A stretch of DNA of 64,000 bases from Stegostoma tigrinum. Taxonomy: Eukaryota. The notes beneath the pieces were generated by a model. It did no database searches, was not told the origin of the DNA, and saw only the letters and a list, made by a program, of their open reading frames with translations. The number at the start of each line of letters is the position of its first letter. Position 1 is the first letter of the stretch. Made by a program: the position numbers and the translations under genes. The DNA is taken from the NCBI RefSeq assembly GCF_030684315.1, contig NC_081365.1, forward strand, positions 34,251,394-34,315,393. Direction: 5' to 3'. Below are positions 12,288 to 26,340 of this stretch, piece by piece.

Positions 12288-15200
12288 GACGTACTCCCTA
12301 GAGTGGATCATTTAATCCAGTAATGGGATGTGTAGTTGGCTGCTTCCAGCAAAAGCAAAACTGATGTTTGCCTAATTTTTTTAACTTGCTTGTTTTTCAG
12401 GATTGTGTCACAAATGACAAAAAAAAGACTTCTACCAAAAAGGAAACACGTAAATATTTATCGTTTCAGACGGTCGTAACAATATAGGAGTCATTAACAA
12501 TGCATAGGCAAGGGTTCTGTCTCCTTTAGTATCTATTTTATTAGTTCTTTTTAATTGTGTGTTTATTTTAATTAGGTCTGTTGTACAGGCCTTTTTGTTT
12601 CATAAAGGTGTTTATATCATGTATAAATAGCATGGGTTTCTTTAACTGGTACAGTTTAGGCAGGCCTGTACCTGGAATGCTTGTGCATCTTTTTTTTTCT
12701 CAAGTGTATACTGTTAAGAAAATTACATTGGGTTTTATTTTTTTTTCTTCTTGTTAATGTCTCTTGAATTGTCTTCTTTCTTTAAAAAAAAAGGTTGTTC
12801 CTTGTCGGGTACACTGTAGATTTATGCACCGTTTGTATAAAGTGGTTTACTGTTGGTTATTTTTGTAGGAAAGATTCAAAGTTAGATGCTTTGAGCAAAA
12901 GTTCGCAAACTGATGGTTTTAAAAACATTCTTGGTTTTTAAAATGGCTTACTATGTCTGTCCTTCCTAAATGTAAGGGTTGGGTATGTTAGCAAATGTCA
13001 CACCATCAGCGATATTGATCCACACAACCAAACAACTGGAAATGGAGAATACTTTATTGTCAGTGGATCGCGGGTATCTTGTGAAGCTTTTGTCTTTGCT
13101 CAGATACTGAAACTAGTTGAAACCATCATGGAATATGGTAGAGATGAGCAAACTACAAATATGCCAAATCATCTATAAAAACAATTTGGAAAAATTCATT
13201 ATTTAGTTTCCCAAAACTGATTTATTTATAGAAACTAAATAATCTATGTTCCCATAGAGCTTGATAATATATCTAATGTTGGCACAGTTTGGTGTTTGTT
13301 TATCTTTAAGGGAAAATAGGGTTGTTTTGAGACAAGAGGCTTACAGTATGCACAGTATGGCTTGAACCATTGCTGTAAGCATATTAAAACCAAAAATTAA
13401 AGGACTGGAGTAGAGCATTGCAGTTCACATGGAATAAAAATGGTGCCTGTCATTTTCTGCAGTGGACTTGTAAGAGAGCAGCAAGGTTTACATTACAAGT
13501 CAGAATGATTGCTGTGGCCACACTGTCCAGCATTCCCAATTGGTTAATGAGCAACATGTTTAATTACTCGGTACATGTGAACTTCCTGCTGAGTTACCCA
13601 CGGGAAACAAATGCGAGGTAGAAAGTTCTTTCGTTCAGCAGCACATGATATTTTCTGATAAACGCAGCTGATTCTTTAACAAGTAACATGCTTGAACCGA
13701 ATAAGTGTTCTTTCGGACATCCCTGAGCTCTGTTGCTGACTATTCGGTCGTATTGCTGCACTGTGTGTGTCTTAAGTAGGTAGTTGAATTGATGTTATAA
13801 TTGAAAGTCACGTGGTTTAATGTTGTTCTTTATGCTAGTAATAATAACAGGGCACAGTTAAACCAGTTTCTAACCTTAAAAGTAATGACAGCCACCATTT
13901 TTTTCCTTGTTAGTAACTACATTAATCTCCTTTTCAAGACACAAAATATGCAGTTCTGGTAGGGTTGCACTATCAAACTGCAAATAAAATGAATATGGCT
14001 GCCTACCAAATATGGACAGCTATTAAAAGCTTGAACCAAAGTCAGTTTTACCTAGCTGCTGTACCAATGACATTGTTTGCATGAGTGCAGTTAATAGGCA
14101 TCAGTAATTTAGTTGCTCCTGTTCATAGAAGGTAAACAGTTACTATTTTATACTTTTTAATATCATTTTTCAGGTAAAGAAATCTTCAAACATGAACTTT
14201 ACAATTTTGCAGGATAGTAGTCATTTTGTCAAGAGTCTGGTGCAACCAGTTTTCATTGGGCAATTCAAATTTACTGGATGGCTAAATGTAGACTGGTGTT
14301 AGTGATATAAAGGAAGTTAAAAATATTCCAAGTTGTACAAACCGTCAGAGTGTCTAAATGTTCCAAACAGATCCTGTGACAGATTATACTGCTGCAGTAC
14401 TTGCATCCTTCTACTTTATGTACTCATGTACTATTTTCACTGAATATTCAATCAAATGTTAAAAGAATGTTGTTACTTTCCTAATAGTAGATTCTGGACT
14501 TTGGACTGATGGGACATGTTTGGACCCCATGCACAAATGTAAACCAAAATCCTTTAGTCCTTCAAGGCAGGTATTTAACCAGGCCATTCTGTAATCCCAA
14601 CGCCCACACAAATCATACTTAGGATACTTCTACCCTCATTACTGTTTTCTGTCATTGCTGAACTATGCAATGAAGACCAGTTGCCTACAGACACATTGGT
14701 GGCAATAATAAAGTGCATTGCATGTGAGGAGCAGGGAAAAGATATCCCCACAATGCTGAGTGTCTGAATAAAGGTGAAGTGCTTTTCTAAAGATGAGACC
14801 TTCGCTTACTAATATACTTGCTTGGTAGCATGGCTCAAGTATTGAACGTCAGTTGCTGAGCTAGCTTTTCATTTAGGGAATTACACATAGCACATAGAAA
14901 GTAAATTGGCCAGGTGAGTTATAATACTCAACCCATGCTGATGTTAGCCTAATGTATTTTGGAGCTTTTATTGCGTGCCATTTCATGTTAAACAGATGTG
15001 AATTAATGGATAAAACTGATTCATTGAATAGCAGAAAGCTTTCTGCGAACCCTTCTTTTGATCCTGATTTTTTCTGCTTACTCCATAAATAGCAAATGTT
15101 CTAAAAAGCAGCGAGAAGGAAAATAAGCATAAAGCTGAGATGATTGTTTCAAGTTTAAATGCGAGACAAAACTGAATGCTGGTCATTGATGGTGGTAGTG

Positions 15201-17214
15201 AAACAGAAGTGGAGGGAATGCTCCGATAGAAATTTTAAAATAATGCTTTATAGCTGACCTCAGACCACAGTTGATATTTTAATTTTGAACTTAACTGAGC
15301 TAGTTCTAATTCTTTGTTGTTTCCCTGAATAAGAAACAGAAAATAAGTTGCAGTAAAGTTTTTAATTTTATATTCCTCTTTGGATTAATGTTTTGCTACA
15401 GAGGTAGTCTTATATCACTGCATTAGTCCGTTGCAAAGAAAATCCTGCTTTTATTTGTGAGATGTTGGAATTTGAGGTTGAAGCAATCAAACCAGGATTT
15501 TCTTCCAGGATTATGTTTGGCCCTTGTTAGAGCTGACTAGTATCATTTGCACCAACTCTGTAAATGTTAATGGCTTATGAGACATTGAGTTATGCCAATA
15601 AAAATTGGTTGCATTAGTAGGTTTTTGGAACTAAATGATACATTGGTAAATATAAGGAATAGTTTTGAAAAGCAAAATTAGTCATTTTAGTTACTTGGCA
15701 ACAATTCAGAGCTCTTGTGGTTGCAATGGTTACAATTCATGCTCTCAACTGATCAAACTGCCATTTATGCCATTGTCCCGTTTTGTCATCTTTCCATAAA
15801 ATAAAGTCAGACACATACTGATTTAATCCATCAATCCACTTGAATCAAAGGTGACTACTGCATTTCAGATCAGATAAAATTGGTAAAATACAAGTTGCTG
15901 ATTAAGGTGGGACATACTTCATGATAAATGATAAACTATCCATTTTTAAAATATTGAATTCTAGAAGTGCTCTTACTAATAATTAATTAATTTACTCTTC
16001 ATGGATGAATATTTTACCCATGTTTCTAACTTTATTATCTGTTTTTAAGAAAATTCTAAAATGTTGACTTAATCTTAGTAACTTATTTGCCATATTTCTT
16101 AAAACAGAACTTTTTTGAGGCATTTTTGTTTTAAAAGCGTAAGATGCTAATAGATTAAATTTCAAACTAAATATGTGAAATCCATGAACAAATGCGAATA
16201 ACATTTTGTGATTGAGGCATTTATATTATCAAATTCAAATGCACCTTGTTGGCTTTGAGACATTTGTTCAAGTATTCCTCCTCTTCAGATAGTTGAGAGA
16301 AGTGAATTTCAGCACATTTCTTGAATGGAGTCTAAAACTGGTCCTCTGATGCGATTGTATATTGTCATTGAGGATGCACAGAAAAATAGTTTCTAAAATA
16401 AACTGGAACTAAGTGTGTCCATGTATCTATCTTCCACATCCTTGGAATATACCATTTTATTTGTTGTATAAATACTTGAATCTCAAAATTTTAATTACCC
16501 AGTATTGAATGCAATATGTGTATACATTTAGCATATTTTCAGTGCATGTATATGCTGTTCCCAGAATTTTAAGTAGCAAGCCTTTGACTTTGATCTTCAG
16601 AGGCTTAATCTTAACCAAATTCTTTGAGATGTGTAAATATTTATTGGTCTAAGCCAAATAATTTGTATGTATATTGGGCATACATCAACATTGCACCATT
16701 AGAATCCAATTTAAATGTCTTAGTTTAGGCATCAGAATGGGCCATAGTTCCATAGTCAAAGTTTTATTGCGCAGTTGCGATACAACAGCAATGTCACATT
16801 TTAACTGCTTGATCAGCTAAGGGCTAATAAATTTCTAAACGTTATTTTGGTTTAATGTTCTGTCATATGTTAATGTGTCTTTGTTCTAATATAACTTTAC
16901 AATGGAATTAATAATTTGTATTGTTTAACAAATCAAGTGGTCATTTTTATTTTATGTTTGTTCCCTAACTTTAAATCCTCTTATTTGGCAATATGACCGG
17001 TTTGTGTCAGAAGATCACTTTTTGGAATATCTAAGGTACTGTTGTGCTATAATTACCACAAATTGTCATGATAGCTGTCTTCAACCAGGTGAAAGCAGTC
17101 ACAGTGTTCCTGTAAGAAGATACACCTTATCCAGTTCTCACAATTGACTTGCGTGAAAGGAGCATGTATGCTTACATGCACTTTGATTTATAAATACTGT
17201 TTAGATCATGGTTT

Positions 17215-17690
17215 ATCACATAGGAGCTAGGAGCAGGAATAGGTAATTCAAGCCTGCTCCACCATTTGTTATGATCATGGCTGATTTTATCTTGGCTCAA
17301 ATTCAGTTTCTGCCCACTTCCTTTTAATACATTACTAATTAATAATTTAACCTATCGCCTCCTGAAATTTTTTTAATGCCCTAGTGTTTAAGACTGTATG
17401 ATGTCATGATTTTGACAGACTCACAACCCTTTGAGAGAAATAATTCCTCCTCATCTTTGTTTTAAATCTGCCACCCCTTAGCCTGACTATGACCTATCAT
17501 TCTAGATTACCCCATAAGGGGAAACACCTATTCTCCATCAACTTTGTCAATCTCCCTTAGCAACTTAAATTCTCAATTAGGCCTCCTCATTCTTCTAAAC
17601 TCTAGTTGGTCTAGGCTCAAGCTGCTCAATGTCTCCTCATAAACCAAGCCTTTCATTTCTGGAATTAATCTAGTGAATTAATCTCGTTGT
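17215..17690 (-). mobile_element. Old CR1 3' end within the putative 3' UTR
   Basis: cataggagctaggagcaggaatagg...atcatggctgat tail, followed by antisense RT C-terminal remnants. Confidence 0.75.
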
Positions 17691-20600
17691 AGTAATCTGG
17701 TGAACATAGCTCTTTTAGTTTATAAAATCCTAATAGACAAAATGAAAACTTACTTTATGCAGATTTGTAATACTTCTGTGTAGTGTTTAATCTCTGTTTC
17801 ACACTTCTGTTTTATACTCCAAAACTGATACACCCACATTGCTCCCTGTCCTCAAAAATACAAAAAAAACCGAAAACGTAAAATGCAAATTGACTGTGGA
17901 ATTGGCAGTGCAGCTCTGTTGATGGTTTAATTCACTATTTGTGGCAATAGCTTATTTCTTCAAGTATTAATTGAACTATTGAACCAAGAGCTACTGAATA
18001 ATGCTTTGAAAAAAATCAACTCTTTGCTACAGACATAACTTATTTTATTAATGGTTATTTGGTAAAAATATTGTATAGGACCTGTGTGATTTGATGAGGT
18101 TCACTTCTGAGCACAGCATGTAGAAATTGTTCTACAATACTCCATAAAATTTGTAGTATCTTTCAACAATGAAGGAAGCTGTTTGGCCTTTGCTGTCTAG
18201 CTTGCTTCCATCATCTTTCAGGCATTACCTTCGAGATCATACCCTTGCATTAAAATAAAATTCTATTCCTCTCTGATTCTTTTGCCATTTATCTTAAATA
18301 TCTCTTCCCAATTAGCAGTGATTTTCTTTCATGGTATGTAACACTGCTACTGGGATGATGCATCCCTGATTATCATAGATATAGTTGTCATAGTAGATCA
18401 GGTTGAGCACCATATTGGGGAACCACATCTTGGGATGAAAGGAGAAAATTGATATTCCACATAAGTTGCTTACAGTTGTGTTTTCTTTTGAGGTTTGTGG
18501 AGCTGTCATGAGCTCCTTTCTGAGACTTATAAAGCATTGAGTGGATCCTGTTGAAGTAGTAGGGAGACCAAACGTTAAAGAGAAATAATGTATTTTCCCC
18601 ATTTAATGTGACTGAAGTTGGAGGTGGGAGATCCCATCTGAACATACAATTATCCTCCTTAAATTTGTTCAGTAAAAAGAAATAGCTTTACACTATTTGT
18701 GCAAACATTTTCATTGACGGATGAGACAGATCTTGCACCCTGTAGGTAGAAAGTGAGCAAGCTTTTTTCAATCATTGCAATCTTTCCATTAAGAAATACC
18801 TCAGCATTGCATAGCATTTACAGGGTTGCTTTGCAAAGCAAAAACTATTCCTGGTGGATAGAATTGTGGATTTAGAATGTAGATGTTGATTTTTGGGGGA
18901 AACTTTTACTTAAAGGAACATGCTCATGGATTTAATTTCTCTCTTGAAAAGGTGATCTTGATAACTAAAGAAACCAATTACTCATGATTCTGTTTGCCAA
19001 AGCAAATGCCTTCTTTTGCGACTCAATTAAAATGTGGCCTAAGTTTTAGCATGTGTCACTTCACTATTTTTAAGCTAGTTAAGATTTGTATTCTACATTT
19101 GTAAGCAGTACCGTACTGTTTGTTTTCACCAGCCTTTTGATAGAAAGGGGTTAATTCACCAGTGTCAGGGTGGGAGAGAGTTCCACCATAAAAAGGTGTT
19201 TCCTTAAGAAAAGGAAGAAGTGAACAAGTTTATTGAATGTAATGTTTGTCACATTAATAGTTGAGCAAGTTTTTAAACTTCGTTATTATTATTGTTGATA
19301 GCAATGCTGAAAAATTCAGGCTAGACCAAAAATATATCCTGCTCCTTGCACCTGCTTGACTGACCAACAAACAATTAAGTTGATATGTGGCTGCGGTTGC
19401 CTCCAGTCATTTAGTTTGTGCTTTAGAATAACAGAGGCTTAACAGTTTGACAGTCCCAGGTTTCAGTTGATAGAATGAGAATTTTCAACAATTTGACAGT
19501 AATCCTGAGGTATCAAGGTGGATTGTGTCATATATTTGGATTCAGAAGTAGTCATTATTCACATATTTGGATTCAGAAATTGCTATAAAGCATCAGTAAC
19601 ATGATTTAACTGATTTAAGGTAAAATTCTGTACTAGCAAATATTGGGGGTGTGCAGTAATGTTCTTTTGGTGCAGTGAAGATGGGTTGTCCATGTAGCTG
19701 ACTCTTTTAAGTCGCTGAAGTGGCAACTTTGTCAATCTAATCTTTAATATATGAGTTTCAGCCAATAACTATTGTCAGTAAACATTTTAGCTACACGATT
19801 TATTGGTCAAATTAATAATAGTTAACTCTATACTTTCCTGTCTTTTGCCAGTTTCTTTTTATATTTCATGCAATTTAGCACATCCTGCTATGAAAACTGT
19901 TTGATTGCAGTTTGAAACAGCTGGCCTTTTGAGTTTGGTTTGCTTTTCAAAAGGCTACTCAGTTTATGTATTTATCTCTCTTTTTGTTTTCTCTTTTTGA
20001 TTTGCGGTTTTCTATTCTAGCAAAGTGAAAAAAAAATGCATTATATTGCACACCCTTAAATATTATCATTTATTGTGCCCCCATCTAAAAGTAAATGGCT
20101 ACTAAGCTTTTTTTGCCAATTATTACACAAGTGTAGGTTTAATCTCTATAATATCCAAAGTTATTGCAAAACTGGGTATTGCTGTGGGCAGTTAAAAATC
20201 CTGGGGCTACAGTGGTGTTGCAGAAGAACTACGTTTGAGCTTTGCATAACAAATGTCTTTCTGGTGTCATTACATAAAGCTGTAGTCTGGTATTGATGCT
20301 AGTCTGACATTTGGGCATTGATGATGTTTGCTCTGCTTTTTGTAGTAGAAATTTAAAGTTGTACCAAGTTGGGCATTATAAACCTCCAGTTTAAAATTGT
20401 GTCAAGATATTTGATCGCTTAACTTGCCACACCAAACAAAGTAACTTTTGAGTTTTGTTTCCTTAAGTATTCAGTTCTTTTTGCTACAGTTTCAGCTAGT
20501 TCGTGTTATAGTAATACTTACAAACCATAAATAGTGAATAGTAAGTTTAAAGTAGGAAAGTCATAGTATCCTATAGTATGGAGATCAGCAAAAGGTTTGT

Positions 20601-20895
20601 AATATTGCTTGCTGAATGTTTCCAACATTTTCTGGTCTTGTACCACTTGAAATAGCTCCCAAACAACTAGTAAAATATCACTTTTTTTCTCCAGCTCTCC
20701 ATCTTTCAAAAGGAAATTGAAAGTATCCCAAAGCTTTTGGTCATCCCTGGTACAGTATTAAAAATGTTACTCAGCTTTTGATACTGTATTCATTTGAAGT
20801 GCCTGATGAAAGTTGCAGCTGACTCTGATCTAAAGAAGCTAGTGATATCTGATCAATTTTTGCTTTATTATGCTTTCTTTGATATACTCCTAAAA

Positions 20896-20973
20896 TAGTA
20901 ACTATAATTCACTAGAGGAGCAGTGAAAGTTGATTAGTAACTATAATTCACTAGAGGAGCAGTAAAAGTTGCT
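20896..20973. repeat. 39-bp tandem duplication
   Basis: TAGTAACTATAATTCACTAGAGGAGCAGT(G/A)AAAGTTG(A/C)T x2. Confidence 0.95.
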
Positions 20974-23900
20974 TGACCCTTCTCTCAAACACTCCAGAAA
21001 TTCTCCGATCAATCCATTTCCTTTTTGCTACAAGCTAAACAGCTTTTCATTTTGTCTGCTATTTCCTGTGCAGTGAGATCTGATCTGTACATCACAATTT
21101 GCTTATATTTAAACTGTCTCCACAGTTATCTATGGTAACAATTTATAATTAGTCAAACATTTCAATTTTTGATATGCAGAATATGCATGTAAACTGGTGA
21201 TACTGATGATTTATGTAAAAACAAAAGTTTTTCACTTCGCTCCATGGTGAATTCACATCTGCTGTTACTCATCTTTTTTCATCCAGAAGTTCTCAAAGAA
21301 AGCAAAATAAAATTGTTAGCTTTTAATTGGTAGATACACACAGCTTCGTCACTGATATTAAATTCCTTGCTTTGAAATGATGAGGAAATGCATGGAAACC
21401 AATTGGTGGTTCAGTTATTAATTGTTGAAATATTCAATTGGTATCATTATACTAGGAACAGATTAAATTAAGGATTCTGAAAGAACCAACGTTTGGTTAC
21501 CTTGAGGTTTATAAATGCAAAAACAAAAATTTTACAACTAGTCTGCTCTGATGGATTTTGCAGGTAGAATTGATTCTCATTTTAGTGGCTGGTTTTGTAA
21601 AGAGCTACATACTCTTAGAGAATGATGTAAAATAGAAGTCTTAATGCATCCATTCCAGTTATACAAGAAGAGCACTTGGAACAAAGTATGGGTCAGTTTG
21701 TATAGTAAATTAATAAGTGAAGGAATTCTGAGGAAGAAAATGAAATTCTGTTAGATTTATTCCCACAGTTGTTATGAATACCAGACAGGTTTCTGTACTT
21801 AACTTTGATCTTTATAGTAACCTCTTTAAAATACTATATATAACAGCCTCCACATATATTGTGAAAGCATCACATCTGTAATAGGACAATCATACAGTTA
21901 GTTACTTTTGTAAGGTGCATTTGAGATTTTGAATCAGAAATTGCTGATAAATGAATGGGTTTTGTTTTACTGTTCTTCTAATTATTAAGATTAACCATAC
22001 TAATTATGGTAGAATAGCAACTTAGCTGCAATTGAAATTAATTTCCTGGGGAAAGAAATTTGACACAGATAGGAAAAATGACCCATTGTATTCCATTACA
22101 TTTTGTTTATCAGTTGATTCAGATACCTTTAAAAATATCATAATGGCTGACCAAAAACCACTAATATCTTGATTTGCTGTTCCCAAATAGAAGTTTAGAG
22201 ACTTAAGTGTCTGTGACTGCGCCAGCTATCCTAGGAATTGCCCTGTCCGGTGCAATGGTGAGTTTTGAAATTGCATCATTTCCAATTACATCACCAGTGC
22301 CGCAACACATTATACAATTGTTTTTGGTACTGACCTACAAGGAGGACGGAAAATATATCGTGTCTGGTAGCCCATTTACTTGAGCATAGTACAGATTTAA
22401 ATGGAAATGCTTCAGGTTTGCATTTGCCTACTCACATGGTGTGATTATTTCATTTTCTTCCTCAGTTGCTTAAATGGTGCCGTCACCATTTGTTCTGTGT
22501 ACAGGAGCTGTTGTATACCTCATTTCTAACTCATGACTGAGTAACTCGCTTTAATCTCTCCCCTCAGAGTGGCTGAACCTGCTACTGATTGTATACTTAA
22601 ACTGTATACTTAAAAAGAAATCTGGCATGTATTAGCACTAGCACAGCAGAAGAATAACGGCAGTCAGAATTGGCAACTAAAGTTAAAGTAGGCATTGAGG
22701 TATTGCAATCCTTTAACCGTTCCATCATGTCGTTAACTGTTTTATTGGCTGTTAATTCCATCCAATCTTTCTTCCTAAAATTTTTAGATGAACTGTTGTT
22801 GATCTAGCTACGTTTAATGGTGTGAAGGCAACTAAGTGGTTTTCGAACTAGATACATCCGGCAGTTCATGCTCTGTTATGGTGCAGCATGAGCAGCTTAT
22901 TGAGCTGACTGTCGGCTGCTTAATTTGAGAACTGGTTAGACATGAAGACAGGCAACCTCACCATTCTTAGTGGATGAGTTTAATTAATTGCAAACCTAGT
23001 TTTTCATGACTGAAAAAGCTGTTGTCTCTTCTGATTGAGATAGACTAATGAACACTAGCGAAGTGACTTTATGATGAAATAACTTAAATTCTGAATACTA
23101 TATGCAGCCTCTTTTCCAATTGCTTAAGACCACACTTATTAAATATAAAACTTACATTTTATGTACTTTAAAAAATCAAGCATAATGTCTGAGTGATTTT
23201 TAGTCAAAAATAAAGACATGGTACATTATAATAATTCTTCTCCTTGGCTGCATCTGTCAGCTATCCTGAGTTTCAAACAAATGAATGCACAGTTGTGCTC
23301 ATAGCCAAATATTGGTTGAATAACAAGGGGCTGTTCAGTTTTGACAATCTCATATCAGATTAAGTAATGGTTTTTGTCCATCATTAAAAATACCCTGAGA
23401 ATGACACTCGCTGTCTGAATGTAAATGTTAGTGATGGTCATTCCTGCCATGCTCAATGCTTTTATTACATGCCAGCAACCTTTCATTGTGCTGATAAAAC
23501 CAAAGACTTACTAATGATTGTATGACTTAAATTTTTAAACGTCTTCAGTCCTAAACTAATCTTATTTCAAAAGTATGAGTTTCTTACAGTGACAAAAGAA
23601 TTGCATAGAGCAAAATAAATCTGTTTCATTCCATCTATTAAACAGTAGACAGCCTGCTAAAAGTGGAACACATGTGCTAGTTGATTGGTTAAAGGACTGG
23701 AGACTCCTGTGGTAGGGTTGGCTCTTCTGAGGGGCATTTAGCCCTTTGGGCTGGGTGATCTGAATTAATACACACTGAGGTGCTCTTCCGAACTGACTGT
23801 AACTGGCTGGTCGCTGCCGTTTCATTTTGCAAAAGAAAAATGAGACTAAAAAATATGTAGCTTGCTTACAAAGGTTTCATATCCTTTTCATAATACCACT

Positions 23901-24684
23901 GTGCAACTATGCATTGTATTCCTCAACCTTGTGATAGGTAGAGACTCAGTACTTTTTTTGTGTAGAGAAAGGTAGATTTCTTTGTGTTCAGTGATATTTT
24001 TTGAGTACTAAATGGGGGTTGTAGGATCATACAAGCTCTATCCCAAAGCGAAATACAAATGTTAACATTCGCCTAATGCAGATACCAAAGATTTGTTTCT
24101 TCTTTGCAACCTTAATTGTGTATTAAATGCAATTACCCAGCAGGCATTAGTCTAACCTCAGTAATCCCAAAGCTTAGATGTATATTTTGGTATATTTCTG
24201 GGATAAAGGTTTTTTTTGTCAAACTCTTGTTCGTTTCAGTGTATTGCTCTTAAGTCATGGCATGAGATAAAAAAAATCGTCTTTCTTGGTAGTTTAAGAT
24301 ATAGTATTTTTGTATGTTTTGGGTGTGTCTTTGTGTGTGAGAACATAATTGTTTTTCACTGCCTAGTTGTTCATAGTTTTAAAGTGTACATATTATCCAA
24401 TTTTGGACGTCCGCAGGCTTGTATTCTTTAGATGTATTATTTATTGGAAGATTTTTAAAAACAAAGTTTTTCAATAGACAGTATTCCTTTCTTATACAAA
24501 AAATATCTACATGATAACCTTCAAAAGTTAAATCACTTCTTGAAATTATGCCTTCATCATTCATAATAAAGTAATTTAATTTGGTGTAATTTTTTCATTA
24601 GGAATGCAAAATTTCCATCGAGATCAACCAACATTAAAGATGGTACAGCCTGTTGTTGATGTATATTAAATCTAAAATTGTCAA

Positions 24685-24690
24685 AATAAA
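24685..24690 (+). terminator. Candidate POU2F1 poly(A) signal
   Basis: AATAAA with upstream TGTA (24660), CA ~20-25 nt downstream and a T/GT-rich downstream element. Confidence 0.55.
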
Positions 24691-26249
24691 GTGTTGTACT
24701 TTGCTTTTTCCAACATTTTATTATTTTCATTCGGGGTGTTCCATCCCTCCTCCTCATTCTCTGGTTTGGTTTGCCAATGAGCTTCCTAAAGAGAAATGTA
24801 AACTACTAACACTCAAGCATATTGTTCAGTGCAGGACTGATGAGAAAGTTTAGATAAATATATAATTCGCTAGTTCCACATGACCACATAATGAATGTAA
24901 ACATTCCTAAGAATGAATCTAATGGTTTTATCTAATCATATTTGAACTTAGTTAAATCAGGAATTATGGAAACCATAGCAAAAGACTACTTTTTTGGCCT
25001 AAAATGATATGTAGATATGAGCTTCGCTGGTCCTCTACATGTGTTCTGTAGACGAATCTTGTATATGACCAAGAAAAAAAGGGATACTGTTGCTGATGAA
25101 TACATTTCATGATTTATTAATTCATTATGAATGAAAATGTGAAACAACTCAGAGGTTGTAACTGTAACGTTTTCAATTGCGTTAAACTATCCCCACTTGT
25201 GCATGGTATATTTCTTGTACAATAAGACTGCAGCACAGGTAACCTGCGGACGTCCCTATATCCAGTGCACCTTAATGCAGTACCACAGTTGAGTGTGTTC
25301 ATATATACCCTGATGACAATTTTATGTATAAACTTCTGAAAGAATAGAAATGTCGGACCTTTTACCAGTGCAAATATTCCAAAAAAATCAATAGCTAATG
25401 TGAATTGCTACGATCCTGTACTACTTGCTGTCATTTCTCAGTGAAACCTAGATAACCAGATTTGTTACAAAATGCCTGAAACAAAAATTCAGTTGACGGC
25501 AAATCTAAAGCTAAAGTAAACTTCCAACATGAAATCCTCAAATGCTTGTTGCTCTGGGACAAGACACAGTTCTCCTAAAATAAATTCTGAAAATTTCAGC
25601 AGTAACGGGAGAATACTGTCATAAGAGAAATCTAATTGGCACTCAATTCATCAATGCAGTTTATATAAACAGTTGTTGTTACAAACCCTGTCGCGTTTTC
25701 AAGTCTTTTTTAGGAACTTGGATAAAAGTTTTTTTTTAACAAGAGCAGAAATTGTGAATCTTTAATATTTGATTAAAGGAAGAGATGGTGCAGGATATTG
25801 CAAAAAAAAGTGTTTAATCTTGTGGAAGATTTTGTACTTGCTTTCCAGTTCCCCAGATTTATTAACAATAATTGTGCAATTTTAATAATGTCTGTTTAAT
25901 TATCAAACGATTGCACTGAATTTGGTCCATAGAGATTTGCATCAGTCTAAAACAAATTCAGTACTTGGTAATAAAGATAACTTCTTGTGATGTTAGTCTG
26001 GATGCATGGCTTCAGATTTTTCAAAAAACATCAAAATCTTGATCTGTGACTGGAAACGTTTAACAGTGATGAACTGAAAGTGAAATTGCAACTAATTTGC
26101 ATTGCTTCCCATGAAAACCATGAAACCCCATTATCCCCATTTAAGATTCTCCACCTGAATATGGGAAACTGTTGGTGCTGAGTCACCTAGAAAGAATTGA
26201 CCGCACTGTAGTAATCTTGGAGATTTTTATTCATCAACCTGACACAGAA

Positions 26250-26340
26250 TTGATATTACATAGCTCTGGAGCGAATAAGACTTGAACCTAGACCGCCTGT
26301 CCCATAGGTAGGGATATCATTACTGCACCACAAGGGTCCA
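26250..26340 (-). mobile_element. tRNA-derived SINE head remnant
   Basis: Minus strand TGGTGCAGTAATG (A-box-like) ... GGTTCAAGTC (B-box-like). Confidence 0.5.

Larger units (their letters stand above)
12288..24715 (+). other. POU2F1: Putative very long POU2F1 3' UTR
   Basis: T-rich and almost TE-free; ends at a well-formed poly(A) site; mammalian POU2F1 also has a very long 3' UTR. Confidence 0.6.
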
